Assembly: GCF_008831285.2 (NCBI RefSeq) | Contig: NC_045138.2 | Span: forward strand, 16,864,001 to 16,928,000 | Direction of reading: 5' to 3' | Source of the DNA: Nymphaea colorata | Taxonomy: Eukaryota | DNA: 64,000 nt | Shown here: in pieces, positions 40,368 through 52,324 of the stretch | How the letters are laid out: every line of letters begins with the position of its first letter | How positions within the stretch are numbered: the stretch's first letter is position 1 | The notes under the pieces: model-generated | Told to the model about the DNA's origin: nothing | Seen by the model: only the letters and a program-made list of their open reading frames with translations | Database searches by the model: none | Translations under genes and position numbers: made by a program

Positions 40368-41092
40368 AGATGACAAGTATTCAACGGACAACACACTCAA
40401 AAGGGCACAAACAGGGAAGCTGGCTGCCAAGGCCGCCACCATTAACGGCATCACACTTGTGCTCACTGGTAGCTCTGAGAACCAATGCCCTAAACAATGC
40501 GCCGGGCTGTTCCACCAGCCTCTGTATGGGCTGCAGACCAGGCTGCTGGTGGCGCCAAAATGGTGATGTGGGTGTCGACGGAATGATCATCAACATTGCT
40601 AGCATGTTGGCTGACATCGTCACAAACCCCTACAAAAGCGGCCACTTCCAAGGGACAACTATTGTTCCTCTAGAGGCAATGCCGGCCTGTGTAGAGATAT
40701 ACGACAACTACCCCGCATAAGCTTGGATAAGTGTTCTTTCCGTGTATCCCTGCACAGGCCGATGCTGCCTCTAGAGAAACACTAGTCATTCCTTGGATGT
40801 TGGCGCTCTTGTAGGGATTGGTGGCGATACCAGGCAACATGCTAGCAATGTTGATGATCATTCAGTCGACACCCACATCACCATTTTGGCGCCACCAGCA
40901 GCCTGGTCTGCAGCCCATACAGAGGCTGGTGGAATGGCCAGGCGCACTGTCCAGGGCATTGGTTCTCAGAGTTAGCAACCCAAACATGTGCTAACTTTTC
41001 ACCATTAGTCAACAGGGGAGCAGAGTCATGGACGCTGCAACTGCTAATGCAGAATCCGTCCACTGCAACATTCTTGAATGTGAGCACAAAGA
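40368..41092. pseudogene. EXORDIUM/PHI-1-derived inverted repeat B (arms ~40468-40703 and ~40741-40975)
   Basis: Plus arm begins with DDKYS..TLKR...KLAAKAATINGITLVLT-like sequence and lacks ~105 nt. Minus arm encodes VAVDGFCISSC..HDS...[23 protein letters not shown]. Loop ~37 nt. Confidence 0.92.
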
Positions 41093-41094
41093 GT

Positions 41095-41885
41095 GATGGT
41101 CGTTCTAATCAATAAATTGAACAAGTGTCCTTTTAGTAAAAAGATGACAATGTGGCAAAATATGTGAATTTAGATGGTGGGTGTTGATGGATGAAAATAT
41201 TGATGCCATAACATGATTTAGCTTGCAGATTTTGTTTGATTTAAATGCATAAGGTATATGGCTATGAGCGTTGGAGTTTAGAATTTTCATTGGGAGGTAA
41301 GGTGTCAGAGAAGCATTAGTCAAGCAAAGAAAACAAAAGAAAGAGTGGGACAAAGAGAAATACTTAACTAGCATTCTACCTAAATCACAAAAGCATGAAG
41401 AGGAAACTTTGTTGGGTAAAGAAGGCCGATTGTGATCCAATTTATAGTAGAGAAATGGGGTCAATCTAGAAACTAGAGGTACCTTCACAAAGAAGGAAAT
41501 TGAACCAAATGAAGCAATTGTGGATGTGAAACAATCAATCCATTTTCTTTTTGCAGGTTTATTGCCTTATTATACATTAATTTTGATTCATGCACCATAT
41601 ATAGGATAAGATTGGTGGCTAAGTTGAAGAGATCCTTCCATATATGTCGACGTCCAATATCTACTGAGGAAACAAATAAGATACTTATATGTTGATTTCT
41701 CATGGCATCTTCCTTCTAAAGAAGATTTAAGTGCACAACCAAGGATTTATGAAGTTCAGAGAAGGCCTTAACATGCAGGCAGCTGGTCAATGGCTTCAAA
41801 TCCAACTGTAACCCCTTTCAAAGTAGAGCCTCATCTTGCTTGCCTAGGTACTTCACACTTAGGTAGCGCTTGGCAGCACTTGGAA
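41095..41885 (-). promoter_or_regulatory. Repeated leader/promoter cassette upstream (minus strand) of hairpin B
   Basis: TATAAAT minus 41446-41440; putative intron 41363-41130. Confidence 0.5.
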
Positions 41886-41958
41886 TAAGCATAAATGCCT
41901 TCTCCAAAATGTGAGGGGGTACCATGGCCCCTGCTAGCCTCCCCTTCTGTCAGCCAAT

Positions 41959-41997
<39 letters not shown>

Positions 41998-42085
41998 ATG
42001 ATGCTGGGTTTGCACTTAATAAGGACAGAGAATCTAAGGTGGTCTTGCACCCGAATGTCTTCAGCTTTTTCATTGAATCCGGCGC

Positions 42086-42175
42086 TCATAAATTAGCTTG
42101 AAACTGGGTTTTATGTAATAATATAACGCTAATACTTAATGAATAAATGAGCCTTAGTGGCATGATTATGCTTTA
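42086..42175 (+). pseudogene. Orphan 3'-UTR remnant of a potato inhibitor I gene
   Basis: ctcataaattagcttgaa..ttttatgtaataa..taatgaataaatgagccttagtggcatgattatgcttta aligns with the 3' UTRs at ~59270-59366 and ~54760-54805. No coding exon in front. Confidence 0.65.
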
Positions 42176-42522
42176 TTAGATCAGCAAAATCAGAAAATCA
42201 ATAAAATTTAGCAGAAACAAATAATTAACAAAGGAGGACAATAATTGAAGCAAAGAAAAAGAATTATTGATTGAAGGTGCTGATCTTCTTAAGAAATGAT
42301 ATTATCTGAATTAAGATATAGTTGAGATCCCAGTTCAGGGAAAAAGGAAATTAAAAAAGAAAAAAAGAAAAAGAAGATTGAACATTGTCACATGTCCCAT
42401 GATGAAAGGATGACAGCAACCTGCAAATTATTGTCAAGAAAAATAAAAGCATAAAGAAGAGGTGCTGAATTAGGAAAGGAAAACACCTAAGTCCAGTTGA
42501 GATACATGAGGGCTGATGTGGA

Positions 42523-42716
42523 CTTGGGCGGAGTCAAGTTAGGGCCCGTATGGGCTGTGGTTTCACCTCAATTTTTTTTAAAAAAAATTACATATAAATT
42601 TTAAAAATATTCATTTGTTTTATATAAAAATTTTGAAGAACGATATTTCGGTTCTAGTCAAAATTTAAAAACTTTAATTCAGTTCGCCTCCTGAAAAATT
42701 TCTCACTCTGCCCCTG
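42523..42716. mobile_element. hAT-type MITE (CAGGGGCGGAG-type TIR); related relics at ~3588-3753, ~8500-8660, ~63822-64000
   Basis: Ends cttgggcggag / ctctgcccctg; 8-bp TSD gatgtgga at 42515-42522 and 42717-42724. Confidence 0.7.
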
Positions 42717-44662
42717 GATGTGGACGACTGCCCTCGCAGGCGACTCCAGTGCCCCTTAGCTAAAAAAATCTTTGCTCCACCATTGCCAAAGTCCTATCTA
42801 GCAAGTCCCTGTGAAGACTGAAAAAAAAGGAGGAGGTGGGAGGAAATACTAAATTAACCACTGTGAGTTTCTATCATGAAGAATAAGTGGATGCCTTCTA
42901 AAACAAGTTCCTGAATGGATCCGGCCACATGATGCCGTGCTGATACCCAACATTTTACTTTTAAATCTGAAACAAATTGAGCCCAATCCTAAATCAGTTA
43001 ATGTTTAATTTAAGATTCAAGTTGTTATTGACTTCAATAATATTTCACCGTTACAAAAAAAAAAAAAAAATGTTAACGAAATATAGATATATGTGGATCT
43101 GTCTTTTCTGTTTCATTGACAAGATTAAATCTCGGTATTTTTTGTTCATAATGACACAAACTATCACAGAAAGTAAATGGTTGGCACAATAGATGTGGTT
43201 CATATTTTGGGTGAGCAAGAGGGAATCCCACTATCCCAGCGAGAGGCCAAAGTCCTCTCTCCATTCCCCTTTCTCCTGCTTTATCTAGAGTTGTTTCAAG
43301 ACTTGGGTGGACTTACGATACACTCTTCCACTCGATTGTTGTGCATGTCATATAGTTTGATGTCTAAATGAGTCAAGCATCCATAAGCATCCATGAGAAT
43401 CGAGTTGATGACACATTAACAGCACAACGCTCAAGCCAACCATTTATGCTATGCCCCTGTGGGTTCATATTTAACATGTCATGGTTCAAACAAAACATGA
43501 ATGATCTGAGTTCCTTAGACATATATATATATAGAGAGAGAGAGAGAAAGAGAGAGAGAGATATGAAACGAACTGAATTAAATGAAACCAATGTACAAAA
43601 AGTGTATAAAGATACCACCAACTCAAGTGGAGACACTATAAGGCAGCAACACATTCATCAAATCATGATAAGTGGTTATCCCTTATGATGAAATAAACAT
43701 CAGTGAAAACCATGTATTCAAGTATTGAATGATTGCATGCTGCATTCCAAAAAAAAAAATATCATTTCTAACAGTCCAAATCCACAACCAAAGTCCAAAC
43801 AGCCAGACCTTCTAGAGACGTCTCCACCATTTAGATTTTAAGAATATGCTTTGGCGGAAATGTCTCCACCTTTTAGATTTACAAATATGCTTTGGACCAA
43901 ATAATAAATTTCTAGCCAACGACCAAGTACATACTGTTGGTGGAGAGAGACAAAAAGAGAGAGAATAAATTTCTAGCGAAGGTCCAAGTACACAATGTCG
44001 GTGGAGAGAGAGAGAGAGTAGCATTGAGACATTAAATCCAACAAAATGTTGAAAAGAAGAACACTTACATCTAAGACTTAACTGTTGCAAAGACAGACTA
44101 CCATTACTCCATAAGTTACTAGAAATCAACCAGACCATATAAAATGGGTGATGCAATATACAACCCCGTTCGTATAGCAACTAATCCACTTAAAAAGTAA
44201 AGTAAACAACTAAATTCTCCAAATGATACTGTCACATTTAGAACAACTAACAACTTTATAATGAAATGAAAGGGAAAAAACGAAAAAGGTTCATCACTTA
44301 TCAATAAGTTTGGAGATAAGGTTGAGGGAAAAGTTCAGAGGCGGCCGACAAGACAGGGAGGTATGGAGGCAGAGTAGGGCGGCGGCCAACGTGACAGAGT
44401 GGTTAGTGCCTTCGCCGCTGTGAAGGGAGAGGAAATCTCAAGGTTCATCTCTCTCTCTCCCTCAGTAACATTCAAACACGGAGGCTGATGTACAGTCAAT
44501 ATTGCAGCAAGGCGGGGAGCTGCTTGCCAGGTACTCAGCTGCCCTCCATCTATAAATCAACCAACCCACCACTCCATTGCTGCATTGCCTGTAGTTGAAT
44601 CGAAACCCCCAACTCCATTGTTGTAGCTCCGATCGCCCACAGAGACAGGGAAAGAGAAAGCG

Positions 44663-45310
44663 ATGGCAGCCACAATCCAAACCCGAGTCATGGGGATTGC
44701 CCTGCTCTTCTTCTTCCTCCTTTCTGCCACTTCCATTGCCCAGGCCGCCACCTGCAAAGGTATTGTACTCTCTCTCTTGCAACCTTATTTTCTTCAGCCG
44801 GTCGGCCTACAGAAGAAAACCAACAGTTTGGGCCTTTTGGACTTGTCTAAAAAACTTAATCTGCACTTTAAGAAACCATCATGAATTCTTTGCTCTTTAA
44901 GTTTCTTAGGAGAGAACAGTGAGCATATTAGAATACCGCATCGCTTCGAATGTGACATTTATGAACTATTCATGAATTCATAGTTGCATCTTCGTCGTCT
45001 GCAAGATCATGTCCAAAGTTGCAGTAGAGAGAGAGACGTATTGGCAACTATGAATTATTTAAGTCACTATTATGATCAACTTCTTCTTTGAATTGAATTG
45101 ATGGGTTTTGTAGGGAAGAGCGCATGGCCGGAGCTGGTGGGCAAGGATGGGTCGACTGCGGAAGCCATCATCAAAGCGGAGAACCCTCGTGTGAACTTTG
45201 TCTTCCCCGTCACAGAAGGCTCTACTGTAAGGAAGAATTTCGACTGTCGACGAGTGTTTGTCTGGATTAAGCCCAACGGCAAGATTTACCTTGTTCCGAG
45301 ACTCGGATAG
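44663..45310 (+). CDS. Potato inhibitor I family protease inhibitor #2, 97 aa
   Basis: Exon1 44663-44759, exon2 45114-45310 GKSAWPELVG...EGSTVRKNFDCRRVFVWI...VPRLG*. TATAAAT 44551-44557. Confidence 0.92.
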
Positions 45311-47587
45311 ATCACCCGTTAGCCTTGCTCTCAGGATCTGCTTATTGTCAAATATGTCAGCCTCCTGTACTAGTAATTAAGGCTCTTGCAATGTAATATA
45401 ATAAAGCTCGATGCTAATGAGAAATAAGCCTACATATTGCCAATATGATGAAGTACAATCTTGTTCTTGCTGGCAAAGTTTGTAGTTTTCCTTTTTCCTT
45501 TTTCATTCCTTACCTGAAGGCAATGGAATTTCATGATCAAGAGCAGCAACTTAAATGAAATGGGACGATAATGGAGTCCTGTGGGTTAACTTTCAATCCA
45601 GATACAGATTCAAGTTGCCCAACTACAGATTACAGTCCTCTAGAACGATCGGATTCACGGTGATCAATTAAGATGGTTGGTTTCGAATCTGATCTCAGGA
45701 AAACAAAATTGACAAGGCCGCAAATTACAAGTCAGGTTTCTGACTACCCATAAGTCGTGGCCCAATGTCCACTTTTACTTTTATGTCAAGTTCCTCCATG
45801 AATTCCTGGATGAATCCAGAACCTGCCATTATATACACGATATTTTGCTGATTTCATACAGAAATCAAGTTGAGTCAAATACCGATTCGGTTAACGTTCT
45901 AAGCTCAAGTTGTTATTTTCATCGTTATAAAACAAGGTCAGGCTATTTATTAAACAAATATATTACGTTTGGATCTATATGCTTTGTTTTCGCTCAAAAA
46001 TGAACTCGTGCTGTTAATTTGTTGTTCATGTTTATACATTACATGGTTCACATGCAAGATGTTGGCATAATGCTACTCATATTTTACAAGAAAGCATGGA
46101 CCCGATACCCAGCGCGAGTAGGGCTCGGGCCTGGAAAAAAGACACCAGGCTGACTCGGGTGGACTTCATAATTTTTTTAATATTTATGTAATTAATTTTT
46201 ATATCTAATTACAATATTTTATTATAATTAATTATATTTATATAATATTTTATATTAAAAATATATTTTTTAATTTAAGTGGACCGAACCCCATCCCATG
46301 TTTCGAGTATCGGCCAGCCTGATGTCCAGGCGTAATTGTTTAATTGTGAGAATATGATGTTTTCTTTCTTCGTCAAATGTCACATTGCCAAAATGGTCTA
46401 AGGATTACGTTTCCTTTAGAAGTAATCTATTTGACCTTAATAAAGTTTCTGGTCCGGCGCTTCTGCAACAAGGTAAGGTGATTAAGCTTTCCCTTTCAAT
46501 CCGGTGTTCAACGTCGTTGTAACTCAAGTGAGTTGATTCTGTTCAACGTCGTTGTAACTCTTATCTTGTAATAATTTGTATAGAAGGTAACCAAGACCAT
46601 GACATTTACTCAGATTTATATATTTAAGCTCTATCCTTGATATATATATATATATAAGAGAGAAAAAGTTAAGCTCTTAAGAATGTGACATTTAAAACAA
46701 GTCATAACTTTAAGGACGGTCACATCCAGAACAAGTCAAGACTTTATAATGAAAGTCATAACATTTAAATGAAAAGAAAAAAAAAAGAAAGGTTCACCTC
46801 TGATCCATAGGTCTGGAGATAAAGTTAACGGACAAATTTGAGGGGATGCCAGGATGATGTGAGAGAGCCGATAAAATGGAAATATAAAACAAAATTTGGG
46901 GACAAGAGGTCTTTAATTACAAAAACAATCCGCAAAGAACAAAATTACGCAAAAAACACAAGCAGAGGAACAAATATACAATACAATGCACAGAAAAATA
47001 AGAGAAAAGAGGAAAGGCGAAACGGCACAGTCACCCAACCACAGTCAGGCGGCGGCGCTTTAACCGAATGGCGAACTGGATATCTCTTTGCACAAGACGA
47101 GCCACAAAATCTGGTGAAGAGAAGGTGCCCCTGAAGACCATGTTGTTGTGCTCCATCCAAATGCGCCACATTGAAAAAAACGGAATTGTGGGGGCGTCAC
47201 ATTGAGAGAGAGAGAGAGAGATTTATAATGAAAAAAACAAAAGCGTCACATTGAAGATAAAATTGTGGGGGCGGCGACAGGGAGGTGCGGGAGGCCAAGT
47301 ATGGAGCGACCCACATGACAGAGAGGTTGGAGGCCTTCGCCGGTGTGAACGTAGAGGAAATCTCAAAATTCATATCTCTCTCTCTCAAAAGAGCATTCAA
47401 ACATGGAGGATGAGGTACGGTCAATGTTGCAGCAAGGCGGTGGCTGGTTGCCAGGGACTCAGCTGCCCTCCATCTATAAATCAACCAACGCACCACTCCA
47501 TTGCCACATTGCCTGTTGTTGAATCGAAACCCCTCAACTCCATTGCTGTAGTTCCGATCGCCCACAGAGACAGGGAGAGTGAAAGCG

Positions 47588-48227
47588 ATGGCAACCACAA
47601 TCCAAGCCCGAGTCATGGGGACTGCCCTGCTCTTCTTCTTCCTCCTTTCTGCCTCTTCCATTGCCCAAGCCGCCACCTGCAAAGGTATGTAGACTCTCTC
47701 TCTCTTGAAAACTTATTTCCTTCAGCCGGTCGGCCTACAGAAGAAAACCAACTGTTTGGGCCTTCTGGTCTTCTCCCAAAAAACTTAACATGCACACTAA
47801 CAAACCATCATGAATTCGTTGCTCTTATGTTTCCTAAGATAGAAGAACAGTGAGCATATTAGAGTACTGCATCGCTTCGAACGTGACATTTACTTGCATC
47901 TTCCTCGTCTGCAATATCATGTCCAAAGTTGCGGCAGAGCGAAGACGTGTTGGCAACTATGAACTATTCTAGTTACTGTTATGACCAACCAACTGTGTTC
48001 TTCTTTGAATTGAATTGATGGGTTTTGTAGGGAAGAGTGCATGGCCGGAGCTGGTAGGCAAGGATGGATCGACTGCAGAAGCCATCATAAAAGCTGAGAA
48101 CCACCGTGTGAACTTTGTCTTCACCGTCCAAGAAGGATCCTCTGTAATCCAGAATTTTGACTGCCGACGGGTGTTTGTCTGGGTTAACACACACGGCAAG
48201 ATTTACCTTGTTCAGAGACTGGGGTAG
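47588..48227 (+). CDS. Potato inhibitor I family protease inhibitor #3, 97 aa (recent tandem paralog of #2)
   Basis: Exon1 47588-47684 (MATTIQARVMGTALLFFFLLSASSIAQAATCK), exon2 48031-48227 ...EGSSVIQNFDCRRVFVWV...VQRLG*. TATAAAT 47475-47481. Promoter, intron and UTR are alignable with #2. Confidence 0.92.
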
Positions 48228-48989
48228 ATCACTCTTTACTCTTCCTCTCAAGATGTGCTTATAGTTAAAATAAGTGAGCCCGTTGTACTGGTAATTAAGT
48301 CTCTTGCAATGTAATAATAAAGCTTGATGCTAAATATGAGAAATAAGCCTACACACTGGCAATATTATTGATTATAATCTTAAGATTCTTGCTGGCAAAA
48401 TTTATAGTTTTTCTTTTACTTTTTAATTTATTACCTCAAGGCAGTGGGATTTCATGATCAAGTGCCGCAACTTAATCGGACGAGGTTTCAGTCCTGTGAA
48501 ATTAATCTGCGCCCTCATGATTTCATGGCTTAAGATCCAACATTTTCATGCAACGTTGCTCAGATATTTCTCGTCGGGTTCAGTTCTGGATTCAGATCTG
48601 AACGGATGCAGATGCAAAGCTGCAACTGCTATCAAATTGACAAGGCGCGCTCTTTCATCATTAATTAACCGTTCATGCATATTGATCAATTAAGCTTAGT
48701 AAACAGAGATTAATTCGTTTTGATTTTCAACAGAGATTAATAAATTAAGTGGGATTACTAATTGGCGGAGGGTGGTCTGAAAAAATCTTGAAATGAGGAG
48801 ACACACTCTAGATGGTCGGAGCTGCATTCAGCAAATGTGCTCGGAAAAAAATGTAAAGTGAATTCGAGGGTGACGATTCAATGTGCATTTTTTTTTTTGG
48901 CGCAGAGGGAAACGCACATATAACCGGCTTCTGATCAACTACGGAATTCACTGTCCATGTAGAAATGGCTTGACTCAGACCGTGTTGTG

Positions 48990-49592
48990 CATTAATCCAG
49001 TTTTCAACTACTTCCTGAGCTCTCTTAGCTACCAGGAGAAGAGCCCTTCGGTGCCCTCTTAGAGGTAGAAGGTCGTATGCTTAGGCAAGGCCGGCCAGGA
49101 TCCGCCATGGCGGTGCTGCGAAAGCATAACTAGATGACAAGTACTCACCGGACAACTCACTCAAACGGGCACAAATGGGGAAGCTGGCTACCAAGGCCGC
49201 CACCGTCTCTTCTGCTCATTTCTAAGGATGTGTCAATGGAGGGATTCGGTATGAGCACCTGCGGCCTCCATGACTCTGCTCCCCTGCTACCTATTGCAGA
49301 AAGATTCGCATATGTTTGGGTTGCTAACTCTGAGAGGCAATGCCCTGGACAGTGCGCCTGACCGTTCCACCAGCCTCTGTATGGGCTGCAGACCAGGCTG
49401 CAGGTGGTGCCAAAATGGTGATGTGGGTGTCGACGGAATGATCATCAATATTGCTAGCATGTTGCCTGGTATCGTCACCAATCCCTACAAGAGCGTCCAC
49501 TTCCAAGGAATGACTAGTGCTTCTCTAGAGGCAGCATCGGCCTGTGCAGGGATACACGGCAAGAACGCTTATGCCGGGTAGTTGTCGTATAT
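48990..49592 (+). pseudogene. Longest EXORDIUM/PHI-1 pseudogene remnant; its 3' half forms the outer left arm of hairpin C
   Basis: [87 protein letters not shown]. Stops and frameshifts; 3' end missing. Confidence 0.88.
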
Positions 49593-51334
49593 CCAAACAA
49601 ATTCTTGAATCATGTTCCCTTTCAATTTAATCATACTTGCGACAAGTTGCCAATGCCATTCACCAGTGAAGGACCACCTTCTATACGACGGTTAAATTTT
49701 TTTAGCATGGAATACATGGCCATTAAATGTTGTGGAGCACTCAAGGTTAGTTTCTCTGCCAAGTTCGCTTGTGAGGAGCTTCTTGGAACTATCCTAGAAA
49801 GCCTTGTGGTTTTATGTACCCCAACTGAATATACGATCCGAGTCTAATGTTTGATCTTATCCAGAATCTACCCATATCTTTCTTAAATATGAAGTCTTTC
49901 ATACTATTTATCTTGAATTTTTTGCAATACAATGAAATTGACATAACTTTATACGTTCAAATACGACTGTGAACTATTCTCTTAAACGAATACGACTGTG
50001 AACTATTCTCTTAAACAAGTGAAAGACATTTTTACAGTCGTATTTGAACGATGATGACATTATCTGCAGGCTTGTGGACCATCGCTTTGCTTCTCGATTA
50101 CCAGAGCAAGGCAGACAGAGAGTTTTGCCATGACAAGAAGTGTCTGCTCAAAATCGGTGCATTTCTCGGCCTCATCTTCCCCAATAAACTCGGGGCCGAT
50201 CTTGAACTCATGTTGGCATATAAATCTCCTTTGCTGATACAATTTTCAAAGGAACGCCCGTAATGTCTCGAAGCCTCACCAACAACAAAATATTAATTAT
50301 TTCAGTGCTGACCATTTGCCGGGAAAATCTTAACAAACATATTTTATGACTATAGCAGATTGAATTATTTGCTTATAGGACAGTTCAAATCTGCGGAATG
50401 CTGAATGTTGCGGGATAATTAACGCTATGTTTGGATGAGGCCGACAAATGCACCGATTTTGAGCAAACACTTCTTGTCATGGCAAAACTCTCTGTCTGCC
50501 TTGCTCTGGTAATCGAGAAGCAAAGCGATGGACCACAAGCCTGCAGAAAATGTCATCATCGTTCAAATACGACTGTAAAAATGTCTTTCACTTGTTTAAG
50601 AGAATAGTTCACAGTCGTATTCGTTTAAGAGAACAGTTCACAGTCGCATTTGAACGTATAAAGTTATGTCAATTTCATTGTATTGCAAAAAAATCATGAT
50701 AAATAGTATGGAAGACTTCATATTTAACAAAGATATGGGTAGATTCTGGATAAGATCAAACATTAGACTCGGATCGTATATTCAGTTGGGGTACATAAAA
50801 CCACAGGGCTTTCCAGGACAGTTCAAAGAAGCTCCTCACAAGCGAACTTGGCAGAGAAACTAACCTTGAGTGCTCCACAACATTTAATGGCCATGTGTTC
50901 CATGCTAAAAAAATTTAACCGTTGTATAGAAGGTGGTCCTTCACTGGCGAATGGCAACTTGTCGCAAGTATGATTAAATTGAAAGGGAACAGGATTCAAG
51001 AATTTGTTTGGATATACGACAACTACATTGAAAGGGAACAGGATTCAAGAATTTGTTTGGATATACGACAACTACCCCGCATAAGCATTCTTGCCGTGTA
51101 TGCCGGCTGCCTCTAGAGAAGCACTAGTCATTCCTTGGAAGTAGGCGCTCTTGTAGGGATTGGTGACGATACCAGGCAACATGCTAGCAATATTGATGAT
51201 CATTCTGTCGACACCCACATCACCATTTTGGCGCCAGCAGCAGCCCGGTCTGCAGCCCATACAGAGGCTGGTGGAATGGCCAGGCACACTATCCAGGGCA
51301 TTGCCTCTCAGAGTCAAGCAACCCAAACATGTGC
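49308..51334. repeat. Long inverted repeat C: arms 49308-50176 and 50434-51334, loop 50177-50433
   Basis: Continuous reverse-complement match over ~870 bp with scattered substitutions. Outer ~280 bp is EXO-derived, inner ~590 bp is unrelated sequence. 49-bp tandem duplication in the right arm (~50978-51075). Confidence 0.97.
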
Positions 51335-51526
51335 TATTCTTAATGTATTCTTATATCATATAGATGAAGTAAGGTATCTAAAGGCTATTTTTTTAATGTA
51401 TTCTTATTGCAACCGAGTAGGGCGATTTAAGGCGAGTCAAGATCGAGATTCACAGAGTCGGGCCGAGTTAGGAGAGAGTCAGGTTTTACGTCACCCAAAC
51501 CGGCAATTGACGTACCTCTTTCACTT

Positions 51527-52322
51527 AAAATACTGTTTGAGGAAGAAGATTTGCATTTGTTTGCACAGAGAGTTGAGGCCCATGAAAAATCCAATTGGGC
51601 AAAACAGAGTTGCCGCCACGGTTAACGGCATGAGGCTTCACCCTTGTGCCCACATCTAAGGACGTCGCAGTCGAGGGATTCTGCATGAGCAGCTGCGGCC
51701 TCCATGACTCCGCTCCCCTGCTGCCTATTGCTGAAAGATTCGCATATGTTTGGGTTGCTAATCCCGAGAGCCAGTGCCCTGGACAGTGTGCCTGGCCATT
51801 CCACCAGCCTCTGCATCGGCTGCAGACCAGGCTGCTGGTGGCACCAAATGGTGATGTGGGTGTCGATGGAATGATCAACATTGCCAGCAAGTTGCTTGAC
51901 ATCGTCACCAACCCCGACCAGAGCGGCTACTTCCAAGGGATGGCCACTGCTCCTCTAGAGGCAATGTCGGCCTGTCTTATCTCCCTGCACAGGCCGACGT
52001 TGCCTCTAGAGGAGCAATAGACGTCCCTTGGAAGTAGCCGCTCTCGTCGGCATTGGTGACGGTGCCGGCCAACGTGCTAGCCATGTTGATGACCATTCCA
52101 TCAATACCCACATCAACATTTGGCGCCACCAGGGTCTGCGGCCCATACAGAGGCTGGTGGAATGGCCAGGCGCACTGTCCAGGGCATTGGTTCTCAGAGC
52201 TAGCAGCCCAAACATGTGCTAACTTTTCACCATTAGTCAACAGGAGGGCAGAGTCATGGAGGCTGCAACCGCTAATGCAGAATCCCTCGACTGCCACATC
52301 CTTGATGCGGGCACAAGAGTGA
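51527..52322. pseudogene. EXORDIUM/PHI-1-derived inverted repeat D (arms ~51638-51975 and 51989-52322, 13-nt loop)
   Basis: Plus ORF 51646-52020 and minus ORF 52297-51977 both encode the VAVEGFC..C..HDS...[12 protein letters not shown]...DVG.DGM...GYFQG...APLEA.SAC segment. Neither has the EXO N- or C-terminus. Confidence 0.93.
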
Positions 52323-52324
52323 CG

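Noticed and set aside
51646..52297. Two open EXO-like ORFs (124 aa and 106 aa) as functional EXORDIUM genes
   Set aside because: No signal peptide, N-terminal half or C-terminus, and no true ATG start; they are the two arms of hairpin D.
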